Assembly: GCA_964638675.1 (NCBI GenBank)
Contig: CAZXAU010000001.1
Location: 56,966 to 120,965, forward strand
DNA from: an uncultured Lachnospiraceae bacterium
GTDB lineage: Bacteria > Bacillota > Clostridia > Oscillospirales > CAG-272
Length of the DNA stretch: 64,000 nucleotides
Reading direction: 5' to 3'
Shown: piece after piece, positions 45,990 through 55,092 of the stretch
How positions within the stretch are numbered: the first letter of the stretch is position 1
Layout of the letters: each line of letters begins with the position of its first letter
Translations under genes and position numbers: made by a program
The notes under the pieces: generated by a model
What the model saw: the letters and a program-made list of their open reading frames with translations, nothing else
What the model was told of the DNA's origin: nothing
Databases searched by the model: none

Positions 45990-47306
45990 ATGAAAAAAAG
46001 ATTGAACCATTTATTTTCGATAACTGTTGCCGCCGCTTTGGTGATCCTGTCTGTATTGTCTCTGGCATCATGCAGTGTCATAGATGATTTTCAGCGGCTA
46101 GGTCTGCTCGGATGGCTGAATACCGGCGTAAAAAAGGGTGAAACCACGGCCACACCCACATCGGGTGTAACCGATTCGCCTTCTTCAACCCCGGGCAGCT
46201 CATCGGCCGACCTTACCATTGCGCCGTTTCCGACGGTTTTACCTGTTATTCCCCGATTTCCCGATATGCAGACGTTGTTATCGTCATTGGAACTCGATTT
46301 GACCAACGGGCGAAGTTTTATTATGTACATTTCCGATACGCCGAATGTCTATGCATTATACGGCGAAACTGTTGAAAAACAGAATTCGCTGATATCCGAA
46401 AAATTCGGATTTACGATCTCATCTCATAAGGAGAGTGCTGAGACTATAAATAAATTGGTTTCTGGCGAGGATTATTTTGCAGATCTTCTGTACATTCCGC
46501 TTTCTGAGGCTGTTTCACTTGCAAATAAAGGACTACTCATCCCATTTAATGAAGGGCAAGGAAATGGAAATGAGGAATTGTTTTATATAACGAACAGAAG
46601 CGATACTGCTTATTATGCTGTTCCCTCATTCAGCGTACCGTATGAGAGCAATATAGTGATATACTGCAACACAGATATACTTGCAAGAATGGGAAAGTAT
46701 ACCGACATCACGCAGGTGACGTCAAACGGAAGCTTTGATATCGGGCTTTTTTCACAAATGCTGAATATTTCGTCACTTCCGGAGGGAGTATGCCCTATTG
46801 TCAGTCGATTTGACAGCGGCAAGCTTGAAGGAATCTTATCGGCGGCGCAGGGATATACGGAAAGCAGTATTTCGGAGAGTGTTCTTGATGCTCTTACTGT
46901 AAAAAGCAGTGAAGATGCTCTTAGTGAATTCTATACGGGTAAGGCACTTTTCATGATTGCAGATATCTCAGATATAAGAGAGCTTTATGATTCGTATGAT
47001 TCATATGCTATATTGCCCATGCCTAAGGCAGATGCATCCGACAAGGATTATCCTTCACTGTTTGATTCGGACACTCTTTATGTTTATGCGATTCCGAAAA
47101 GTGCAGTGAATCTGTCGGCGGCAAAATCGTATATAAAGGCTCGCTGTTTCGCATCAAAATATCAGTTCAGATATGAGTTTGCCGAATCACTCTATTCGTA
47201 TTATCTCAGACAGGAGAGCTCGACAGCTCATCTCGGGGTATCACTTTTCAGCGGATTGTGTGATATTTGCGAGAATACTGAAAACACAGATGACACAGGT
47301 GAATGA
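45990..47306 (+). CDS. Hypothetical lipoprotein (solute-binding-protein-like size and context-free)
   Basis: Start at ATG 45990 (MKKRLNH). Lipobox LASC, a Ser/Thr/Pro linker, and a body of about 400 aa with no motif I can name. Confidence 0.6.
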   Translation: MKKRLNHLFSITVAAALVILSVLSLASCSVIDDFQRLGLLGWLNTGVKKGETTATPTSGVTDSPSSTPGSSSADLTIAPFPTVLPVIPRFPDMQTLLSSLELDLTNGRSFIMYISDTPNVYALYGETVEKQNSLISEKFGFTISSHKESAETINKLVSGEDYFADLLYIPLSEAVSLANKGLLIPFNEGQGNGNEELFYITNRSDTAYYAVPSFSVPYESNIVIYCNTDILARMGKYTDITQVTSNGSFDIGLFSQMLNISSLPEGVCPIVSRFDSGKLEGILSAAQGYTESSISESVLDALTVKSSEDALSEFYTGKALFMIADISDIRELYDSYDSYAILPMPKADASDKDYPSLFDSDTLYVYAIPKSAVNLSAAKSYIKARCFASKYQFRYEFAESLYSYYLRQESSTAHLGVSLFSGLCDICENTENTDDTGE

Positions 47307-47350
47307 TAAAGACACCGCAAAAAATAAATTTCTGAAGGGGAATTCCGCAT

Positions 47351-49633
47351 ATGATTTTCGACAGATTCGCTCCGTTTATAAGAGATTATATATATTCAAA
47401 CGGCTGGAAAGAGCTTCGCAGTGTACAGACACAGGCGGCGCAGATCATATTTGACAGTGAAGACAATCTTCTCATATGTTCATCTACCGCTTCGGGCAAA
47501 ACCGAGGCGGCATTTTTCCCGATAATTTCGTGCTTGTGCAACGATCCTCCGAAGGACGAGGGCTTTTCGGTGCTGTATATCGCACCGCTCAAATCGCTGA
47601 TAAACGATCAGTTTGAAAGAATGACCGATATTTTAGCCATGAGCGAGATCTCACTGACTCATTGGCATGGGGATGTCGGTGCATCGCATAAGACAAAGGC
47701 ACTGAAATCTCCTGGTGGAATATTGCAGATCACGCCGGAATCACTTGAGAGTATGCTGATAAATAGGGGAAATGATATTCCGAAGCTTTTCGGTGCACTC
47801 CGTTACATAGTGATTGATGAACTCCACGCTCTTATGGGTGCTGACAGAGGAAGACAGGTGCTTTGTCAGATCGCAAGACTTGACCGCATTCTCGGCAGAC
47901 ACCCGCGGAGGATCGGGCTTTCGGCGACAATAGGCGATAAAGAATGGGCGGCAGCATGGCTGGGCGACGGTTCGGAACGTGATACTGCGGTCACATCGTC
48001 AAACGAAGGGGATAACCGCTGGAGAATTTCAATAAATCACTTTTTTGTTCAGAATCGGAATTTCGAACAGGGAAGAGACCGGAATGATACCGCTGAAATG
48101 AATGAAAAAGGTGAAAAAAAAGAGAGCGAAATCGTTCTCCCAGATACAAAGGGCAAAAAAGCAACTGCAGATGCAGGATATGAATATATTTATGACTGCT
48201 GTAAAAACAGAAGGTGCATTGTCTTTTCCAATTCAAGAGAAGAAACTGAGTACACAACGGCAACTCTGCGTCAGATTGCAAAACGCAGAAATGACAGCGA
48301 TGATTTTCTGATCCATCACGGAAATCTGTCGGCGGCACTTCGTGAGGATGCCGAGGACAAGCTGAAGCACGACGAGCGGAAATTCACCGTATGTGCCACA
48401 GTCACTCTCGAGCTCGGAATCGATATCGGCGATCTTGAAAGGATAGTAGAGCTTGACAGTCCTAACCGTGTCAGCAGTTTTCTGCAACGAATGGGCAGAA
48501 GCGGCAGAAGGGGCGAGCCGAGCGAGATGATAACCGTGATAAGGGAGGAAGAAGCACTTCCAAATGCACCGCTCCCGCAGATAATTCCATGGTCGCTCGC
48601 AAGGGCAGTCGCTATCATCAGGCTGTATAAAGAGGAGGGATTCATCGAACCGGCATCAAAGCGAAAAATGCCGCTCTCGCTCCTGTTTCAGCAGACACTT
48701 TCGCTTCTTGCATCAATGGGAGAAATGACGGCATCAGCCCTTGCTTCAAGAATATATTCAATGCCTCCATTTGCAGAAATGCCACGTGAAATATTCAAGT
48801 CGCTTCTGAGATTTATGCTCGAAGAGGATTATCTTGAAAAGACAGAGGAAGGCGGACTTATTGTAGGACTCAAAGGAGAGCGGCTGACAAACAGTTTTAA
48901 GTTCTATGCTTCCTTCAAGGATTCTGAAGATTACACCGTTCGCTGCGGCTCGGAGGAGATAGGCACGATCAGTGCGTGTCCGCCTGTAGGTGAGCGATTC
49001 GCACTTGCAGGCAGAGCATGGGAAATCGAGGAAACAGATATCGAACGCCGTCTTATATTTGTAAAGCAGGTTGACGGCAAGCTTGAGGTCTCGTGGCCTG
49101 GGGAATACGGTGAAATTCACACAAAGCTGCTCGAATATATAAGGCTTGTTCTCAGCGAGAGGTGCAAATATCCCTTTCTGCGTCCGAATGCCGTAAACAG
49201 GCTTGATGAGGGAATCAATATTGCATTGAATGCATCGATGGATAAACGATTTCTCATTCCGCTTGGCGGCAGATCATATTGCCTGTTCCCATGGCTGGGA
49301 ACGAGGTCGTTCAATGCCATGAGAAGGATCATAGCCAAATACGCCGCCGCTATAGGAATTGCCGGGATTGAAAACGGAGGGTATTATATCACCTTTAAAA
49401 TGAGCGGAGCGAACGAGCGCAATTTTGCACACAAGCTTCTTTCGCTGATAGATAAGGACGGCGGAATTGATCCGGTCAGCCTTGTCGGTCCTGCCGAGAT
49501 CCCGATGTATGATAAATACGATTCGATCTTGCCGCACGAACTTCTCAGATATTGCTATGCACACGATAAGCTCGATGTAGACGAAGCACTTATTCGTCTT
49601 CGTCAGATCGCAAAGAGTGAAAATACTTTCTGA
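47351..49633 (+). CDS. Lhr-like DEAD/DEAH-box (SF2) helicase, 760 aa
   Basis: Motif I CSSTASGKTEAAF, motif II VIDELHAL, SAT, helicase C motifs (TVTLELGIDIGD, QRMGRSGRRG). The N-terminal Q-like region (LRSVQTQA) resembles Lhr. Confidence 0.8.
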   Translation: MIFDRFAPFIRDYIYSNGWKELRSVQTQAAQIIFDSEDNLLICSSTASGKTEAAFFPIISCLCNDPPKDEGFSVLYIAPLKSLINDQFERMTDILAMSEISLTHWHGDVGASHKTKALKSPGGILQITPESLESMLINRGNDIPKLFGALRYIVIDELHALMGADRGRQVLCQIARLDRILGRHPRRIGLSATIGDKEWAAAWLGDGSERDTAVTSSNEGDNRWRISINHFFVQNRNFEQGRDRNDTAEMNEKGEKKESEIVLPDTKGKKATADAGYEYIYDCCKNRRCIVFSNSREETEYTTATLRQIAKRRNDSDDFLIHHGNLSAALREDAEDKLKHDERKFTVCATVTLELGIDIGDLERIVELDSPNRVSSFLQRMGRSGRRGEPSEMITVIREEEALPNAPLPQIIPWSLARAVAIIRLYKEEGFIEPASKRKMPLSLLFQQTLSLLASMGEMTASALASRIYSMPPFAEMPREIFKSLLRFMLEEDYLEKTEEGGLIVGLKGERLTNSFKFYASFKDSEDYTVRCGSEEIGTISACPPVGERFALAGRAWEIEETDIERRLIFVKQVDGKLEVSWPGEYGEIHTKLLEYIRLVLSERCKYPFLRPNAVNRLDEGINIALNASMDKRFLIPLGGRSYCLFPWLGTRSFNAMRRIIAKYAAAIGIAGIENGGYYITFKMSGANERNFAHKLLSLIDKDGGIDPVSLVGPAEIPMYDKYDSILPHELLRYCYAHDKLDVDEALIRLRQIAKSENTF

Positions 49634-49795
49634 CAAAATAAAGAATCATAAGTGAAAAAATAATTGTTGTTATGTCAAAAATGCGTATGACGCTGTAAAA
49701 AGAGCCGAAAACTCTTGACAAAGAGGAATTTTGGATTTATAATCATTCATGTATTTGAATTCAGATTTAAACGGGTATTGTATTTGGGGTAAAAT

Positions 49796-51097
49796 ATGGA
49801 CGGTGTCGGGATAAAAAATGATAATCGAAGGATCGCTGTTATCGGCGGTGGAGCATCCGGACTGTTTTTTGCCTACCGTGCTTCAAAGCTCGGATGTGAT
49901 GTTGTTTTGTTTGAAAAAAACGAAAAATGCGGCCGCAAGTTAGGCATTACGGGTAAGGGAAGATGTAACCTTACGAACAACTGTCCGGTCAATGAATTCA
50001 TAGAGAATATTGTTTCAAACAAGCGTTTTTTATACAGTGCCGCACACGCCCTCTCTCCTCAGAAGGTTATGGAGATCTTCGAGGACGAGTTGCACGTTCC
50101 GCTTAAGACCGAGAGGGGAAACAGAGTGTTTCCGGTTTCGGATAAGGCAGGAGATATCGTATATGCACTCGTTCGAGGATGCGAGAAGAACGGCGTCAGG
50201 TTTATACGGGATAAAGTAACCGATATTGAATGCTCTGACGGCAGGGTCTGCGGAATTCACTGCGGGGCTAAAAAATATTCTTTCGACTGTGTTGTCGTTG
50301 CTACCGGCGGAAAATCATATCCGCTGACAGGCTCGGACGGTTCGGGATATATTCTGGCAGAGAAGCTCGGGCTGAAAATTACTGAAATCACACCCTCACT
50401 CGTTCCGCTTGTCACAAGAGAACGAGACGTCTGCGATATGATGGGGCTGTCGCTCAAAAATGTTGGACTGAGCGTACGTGATAACGAAAACGGTAAAATT
50501 GTGTTCAGCGATTTCGGAGAGATGATCTTCACACATTTTGGAATCAGCGGACCTATTGTTCTTTCTGCTTCGGCACATATGCGTCCGATTTCTAAGGGCA
50601 GGTTTTCGGTGATCATCGATCTTAAGAGTGCACTTGATGAAAAAACACTTGATGCGAGAATCCTTTCGGATTTTGAAAAGTTTAAAAACTGCGATTTCAT
50701 CAACTCACTAAAAGAGCTTTTGCCGTCAAAAATGATACCTGTTTTTGTGAAAAGGTGTTCGATTCCTGCCAATAAGAAGGTCAACTCGATAACAAAAGGC
50801 GAAAGACAGCGAATTGTCAGGCTTTTCAAGAATTTTGAATTTACTATAGACGGTACCCGACCGATATCAGAGGCGATCATCACGGCCGGCGGTGTGGAGC
50901 TTTCACAGCTTGACCCGAAAAGTATGGAGTGCAAGAGCATAAAAAATCTTTATTTTATCGGTGAAGTGCTTGATCTTGATGCCTATACCGGAGGGTTTAA
51001 TTTGCAGATAGCGTTTTGCAGTGCAAATGTTGCAGCACTCAATATTGTAAAGAAAATGACCGATATTTCACAAAATGACGGTAAAGTAGTAATATGA
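49796..51097 (+). CDS. HI0933/YhiN/BaiN-family FAD-dependent oxidoreductase
   Basis: GxGxxG motif (IAVIGGGASGLFFA), GKGRCNLTN, and the C-terminal YFIGEVLDLDAYTGGFNLQIAF typical of this family. Confidence 0.85.
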   Translation: MDGVGIKNDNRRIAVIGGGASGLFFAYRASKLGCDVVLFEKNEKCGRKLGITGKGRCNLTNNCPVNEFIENIVSNKRFLYSAAHALSPQKVMEIFEDELHVPLKTERGNRVFPVSDKAGDIVYALVRGCEKNGVRFIRDKVTDIECSDGRVCGIHCGAKKYSFDCVVVATGGKSYPLTGSDGSGYILAEKLGLKITEITPSLVPLVTRERDVCDMMGLSLKNVGLSVRDNENGKIVFSDFGEMIFTHFGISGPIVLSASAHMRPISKGRFSVIIDLKSALDEKTLDARILSDFEKFKNCDFINSLKELLPSKMIPVFVKRCSIPANKKVNSITKGERQRIVRLFKNFEFTIDGTRPISEAIITAGGVELSQLDPKSMECKSIKNLYFIGEVLDLDAYTGGFNLQIAFCSANVAALNIVKKMTDISQNDGKVVI

Positions 51098-51158
51098 TTA
51101 CTTTCATCTGCGAAAATATCGTAATTTGAGATAAATCTAACAGAAGGACTTATAAAAA

Positions 51159-51833
51159 ATGAAGCATATAAATATTGCACTCGACGGACCTGCCGGAGCC
51201 GGAAAAAGTTATTTGTGTAAGGAAATAGCGAAGCACTACGGACTTATTCATGTTGACACCGGTGCACTTTACAGAGCCATAGGGCTTTTTGTCAACAGAA
51301 GTCAGATATCAAAGGACGATAAGGAGGGAATCATTTCCTGCCTTGATAAGATTGAGCTTACGCTTTCATTTGTTGACTCTCAGCAGTGCGTAATGCTTTG
51401 CGGCGAGAATGTCAATTCGTATATCAGAACACCAGAGATATCTATGTACGCCTCGGCGGTATCAGCAATACCCGAAGTCAGGGCATTCCTTCTCGATACT
51501 CAGAGAAAAATAGCGGAAAAGGAAAGTGTCATTATGGATGGCAGAGATATCGGAACGGTCATTCTTCCCAATGCTGATGTTAAAATATTTTTGACGGCGA
51601 GCAATGAGGCGAGAGCTATGAGGAGATATACCGAGCTTTGCGAAAAAGGCATTGCCACCACTTTTGAAGATGTACTTTCCGATATAATACAGAGAGATAA
51701 ACAGGATTCAACCAGGCAGTCGGCACCTTTGAGGGCAGCAGACGATGCTGTGATCCTGGATAATTCAGGTCTTGACAGGCAACAAACTGTAGAGATGGCT
51801 ATAAAACTGATCGATGAAAATCTGATAAAATGA
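51159..51833 (+). CDS. cmk: Cytidylate kinase
   Basis: IALDGPAGAGKS P-loop, DTGALYRA and MDGRDIGT motifs. 224 aa. Confidence 0.95.
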   Translation: MKHINIALDGPAGAGKSYLCKEIAKHYGLIHVDTGALYRAIGLFVNRSQISKDDKEGIISCLDKIELTLSFVDSQQCVMLCGENVNSYIRTPEISMYASAVSAIPEVRAFLLDTQRKIAEKESVIMDGRDIGTVILPNADVKIFLTASNEARAMRRYTELCEKGIATTFEDVLSDIIQRDKQDSTRQSAPLRAADDAVILDNSGLDRQQTVEMAIKLIDENLIK

Positions 51834-52081
51834 TTTAATATTAGATATTCTATAGGTAATTTAAGTAAATATCATTGTAAAAAACGACAGAAAATGATAA
51901 TATCAATTTGATTTTTTAGCTAAAAGGGAAAAAATATTTTTTTTGTTGAAAACCCCTTTACAATATCCATTAAATTTGGTAAACTGACTGCATAGGTATT
52001 TTGAGAAATATGACTGAATCAGTATAAAAAGCAGTCACCGATCGGATTCTGATCGTAATTATATATATTAGGAGGTTCATA

Positions 52082-53221
52082 ATGAACGAAAACGAAAATT
52101 TTGCTCAGATGCTTGAAGAATCATTCAAGACTTTAAATACAGGAGATGTAGTTACGGGTACTATCAGGTCAATCGGTACAACAGAAATTACTGTTGATCT
52201 TCCCGCTAAGGTTACAGGTATCATTCCTTTTGACGAAGTTACAGACGATTCTTCTGTTAAGCTCTGCGAGCTTTACAATGAGGGAGATGAGATCTCCGCT
52301 CAGGCAATCAGAGTAAGCGATGTTGACGGTATCGCAACACTTTCCGTCAAAAAAATCAGACGTGCTGACAATTGGATCAAGATCAAAAACGGTCTCGGAA
52401 CAAAAGAGGTCTTCACCGGTAAGGTTACCGAAGTTGTTAAGGGCGGTGTTATTGTTTCGTCTAACTTTATCAAGGTATTTGTTCCCGGCGGAAAAACAGG
52501 TGTCTCCAGAGATGTTTCACTCGATACTCTCATGGGTCAGACTGTAAGATTCAGAATTATCGATATTAATGAAGAAAGAAACCGTGCTGTCGGTTCTATT
52601 CGTGATGTCGAAAGAGATGAACGCCGCGAGGAACGCCGTGCTCTTGTCGAAGAGTTCTGGAACAACATAGAGGTTGGTAAGGTTTATAACGGAACTGTTA
52701 AATCAATCGTTGATTTCGGTGCTTTCATCGATCTCGGCGGTGTTGACGGACTTGTTCACATTACTGAGCTTTCCTGGCTCCATATCAAGCATCCTTCGGA
52801 AGTCGTTGCTGTCGGCGATAAGATTGAAGTATTTGTTAAGTCATTTGACAAAGCAAAGAAACGTATTTCTCTCGGTCACAAAACAGAAGAGACTTATCCT
52901 TGGAATGTATTTATCAACAATTACGCTGTCGGCGATGTTGTTGACGTCACAATCGTAAGCATTCTCTCTTACGGTGCTTTTGCAAGAGTTATTGACGGTA
53001 TCGATGGTCTTATCCATATTTCCGAAATCGCTGACAAGAAGGTCAATGACACTAACGAAGAGCTTACCGTCGGACAGGTCGTTCAGGCGAAGATCATCAA
53101 TATAGACGACGAAAAGAAGAAGGTTTCTCTCTCTATCCGTGCTCTTATAGCACCTGCAACCGAAGAAGCTGCAGAAACTGAAGAGGTTTCTGAGGAAGTT
53201 TCAGAAGAAACAGCAGAATAA
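52082..53221 (+). CDS. rpsA: 30S ribosomal protein S1 (four S1 domains)
   Basis: Repeated S1-domain signatures (GDVVTGTI, GKVTEVVKGGVIV, GTVKSIVDFGAFIDLGGVDGLVHITE, GDVVDVTIVSILSYGAFARV). GGAGG SD upstream. Confidence 0.92.
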   Translation: MNENENFAQMLEESFKTLNTGDVVTGTIRSIGTTEITVDLPAKVTGIIPFDEVTDDSSVKLCELYNEGDEISAQAIRVSDVDGIATLSVKKIRRADNWIKIKNGLGTKEVFTGKVTEVVKGGVIVSSNFIKVFVPGGKTGVSRDVSLDTLMGQTVRFRIIDINEERNRAVGSIRDVERDERREERRALVEEFWNNIEVGKVYNGTVKSIVDFGAFIDLGGVDGLVHITELSWLHIKHPSEVVAVGDKIEVFVKSFDKAKKRISLGHKTEETYPWNVFINNYAVGDVVDVTIVSILSYGAFARVIDGIDGLIHISEIADKKVNDTNEELTVGQVVQAKIINIDDEKKKVSLSIRALIAPATEEAAETEEVSEEVSEETAE

Positions 53222-53231
53222 TCATTAATTC

Positions 53232-53266
53232 AGGTGATCCGCTTTTGCAGATCACCTGTTTTTTTG
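53232..53266 (+). terminator. Terminator of rpsA
   Basis: AGGTGATC cgcttttgca GATCACCT followed by GTTTTTTT. Confidence 0.85.
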
Positions 53267-53412
53267 CCCTTTAGAGAAAGGTCTCGGCAAAAACTTTGCT
53301 TGGAGATAAGACGTATAGCTGTACCGAATTCCTTAGCATTTTTTTCGGCTTTTCGAGAAAAGCCTTGGCAAAAGCTTTATTACCGGACAAAACATATAGT
53401 TTTACCGTAATT
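53267..53412 (+). repeat. Two degenerate tandem units of about 65 nt (family C, distantly resembling part of family A)
   Basis: The first unit is CCTTTAGAGAAAGGTCTCGGCAAAAACTTTGCTTGGAGATAAGACGTATAGCTGTACCGAATT. The second is GCTTTTCGAGAAAAGCCTTGGCAAAAGCTTTATTACCGGACAAAACATATAGTTTTACCGTAATT. Confidence 0.65.
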
Positions 53413-53416
53413 TGTG

Positions 53417-53552
53417 TCATACGATTTTTTCAAACATAAATGTTTGAAAAAAACCACCAAAAAGCAAATACTCCCGCAGATGAATGTAAACACTCATCGT
53501 ACGGGAGTATTTGCTTTTTGGTGGTCTTTCAGCATAGCTGAAAGTCGTATGA
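53417..53552. repeat. Nested four-hairpin element (closing stem plus three internal hairpins, one with a 23-bp perfect stem)
   Basis: The closing stem is TCATACGA/TCGTATGA. It encloses TTTTTTCAAACA..TGTTTGAAAAAA, then CCACCAAAAAGCAAATACTCCCG..CGGGAGTATTTGCTTTTTGGTGG, then CTTTCAGC..GCTGAAAG. Confidence 0.75.
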
Positions 53553-53600
53553 TTAATTTTTCAGTCAAGCACTTTAGGAGAAGTTTCTCGATTCCTCTTT

Positions 53601-54914
53601 TCAAAGAGGAATGGAATAATAGTTATCGCCGGCTATAATGGGAGTAGTGAAGAAAACTCTTGAGAGCTCAACGAGGGCAGCGGTGTCAGCTATGCCGGCA
53701 GTTTCATATGAAGAGTGCATAGCGAGCTGAGGCAGACCCACATCCGCAGAATTAATTGAAACCTTGGTGGTGGCAATTCCTCCGAGAGTGGAGCCGCCTG
53801 CCATATCGGATCGATTTGTATAAACCTGATATGGTATGTCGTTTTTGTTGCAGAGAAGTTTAACTACAGATTCGGAGACCGAATCTGTTGTATAACGCTG
53901 AGAAGCATTAAATTTGATTACGACACCGCCGTTGAGGGTAACACGGTTCTGTGAATCGGCGTATTCAGGGTGATTAGGATGAACTGCGTGAGCGTTGTCG
54001 CACGAAAGGAGGAAGGATGAAGCAAGAAGACAACGGAATTCCTCATCTGAAGCAGAAAGAACGATTCGGCGAAGAGTGTCAAAAAGGAATGTAGAAGCCG
54101 CACCCTGCTTGGTTGAGCTTCCCACCTCTTCGTTGTCGAAGCAGGCAAAAACAGGAACAGCTGATGAAGTGTGAGACGAAAGGAAGCCTTTGAGATTAGA
54201 GAAAGCGGATTGAAGATCGTCGAGAGATCTTGACGAAATGAATTCATCTGATGAACCCCAGATTTTTCCTTCAGAGCGGTTGTAAACGAAAAGATCCGTC
54301 CCGAGAATTTTTTCCTTGTCGACATTTGCGGCATCGGCAACTGCATCGATAATACTTTTTTTATCAGTGCCGCAGGAATAGAGCGGAACTGTATCGACAG
54401 AAGCATTGTAATTAAAGCCGGTATTGACAGAACCGTTCATGTGAATGGCTACATTGGGAATAAGGAGAATATCACGGTCAACATTGACAAGCTTGATCTC
54501 AATTCCGCTGTCGGTTTCGACAACGATTCTTCCGGCGACGGAAAGTGGTCTGTCAAGCCAGGTCGAGCAGATCATTCCACCGTAACGCTCGGTGTTGATG
54601 CGGACGAAGTCATTCCCCGAAAGCTCGCATTTGTCTTTGAGCTTGTAGCAGGGAAAATCGCTGTGCGAAGCGGCAATATTGAAGCCGGTTATCTCAGCGT
54701 TCGGAATGCGGAAAGCGATAATTGAAGAGTTGTTACGGATAACGAAGTATTTACCGCCGTTTTCAAGATTCCATTTAGAGCCTTCGCAAAGCTTGGTGTA
54801 GCCATCCGATTCGAGATAGTTTTTAATTGTATCTATAGAGTGAAAGGCACTCGGAGAAGCTTTGATAAAATCAAGAAGCTCACGGGAGAGCTCGGCGTTG
54901 TTGTATTCTTTCAT
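53601..54914 (-). CDS. M18-family aminopeptidase
   Basis: 437 aa. The N-terminus LLDFIKASPSAFHSIDTIKNYLESDGYTKL, plus AASHSDFPCYKLK, DNEEVGS and C-terminal HSSYETAG, are typical of M18 (aspartyl aminopeptidase-like) enzymes. Confidence 0.85.
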   Translation of the reverse strand: MKEYNNAELSRELLDFIKASPSAFHSIDTIKNYLESDGYTKLCEGSKWNLENGGKYFVIRNNSSIIAFRIPNAEITGFNIAASHSDFPCYKLKDKCELSGNDFVRINTERYGGMICSTWLDRPLSVAGRIVVETDSGIEIKLVNVDRDILLIPNVAIHMNGSVNTGFNYNASVDTVPLYSCGTDKKSIIDAVADAANVDKEKILGTDLFVYNRSEGKIWGSSDEFISSRSLDDLQSAFSNLKGFLSSHTSSAVPVFACFDNEEVGSSTKQGAASTFLFDTLRRIVLSASDEEFRCLLASSFLLSCDNAHAVHPNHPEYADSQNRVTLNGGVVIKFNASQRYTTDSVSESVVKLLCNKNDIPYQVYTNRSDMAGGSTLGGIATTKVSINSADVGLPQLAMHSSYETAGIADTAALVELSRVFFTTPIIAGDNYYSIPL

Positions 54915-55028
54915 ATTTTTATATGACCACCTTTCTTGTGGAATTTGGGCTGGTTTTGTGGAGCAAAATCGCTGTTACTATAACGGCGAAAGCCACGAAA
55001 CGCCGTTTGAAAGATTTATCTTTCAAAC
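54915..55028 (-). repeat. Intergenic repeat family B, copy 4 (ends at the M18 aminopeptidase start codon)
   Basis: On the minus strand: GTTTGAAAGATAAATCTTTCAAAC - GGCGTTTCGTGGCTTTCGCC - GTTATAGTAAC - AGCGATTTTGCTCCACAAAACCAGCC - CACAAGAAAGGTGG - TCATATAAAAATATG. It lacks the start-proximal hairpin. Confidence 0.9.
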
Positions 55029-55092
55029 TTATGTCATTTCGGGGAAAAGCTTATGAACAATTGTAGGTAAGTGAAAGCAGAACGAAAGAGAA

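Noticed and set aside
45860-46081. 73-aa minus-strand ORF across family-B copy 3 (and the similar frames 38509-38745 and 54862-55056)
   Set aside because: The apparent shared peptide (SFRIAKASFP.EL.LVL) only reflects nucleotide identity of the repeat. The frames start inside neighbouring genes' antisense and end at different points.
50257-50940. 227-aa ORF antisense to the HI0933-family flavoprotein gene
   Set aside because: It is a shadow ORF with Ser/Leu/Ile-rich translation and no motifs. The sense-strand gene has clear FAD-binding and family signatures.
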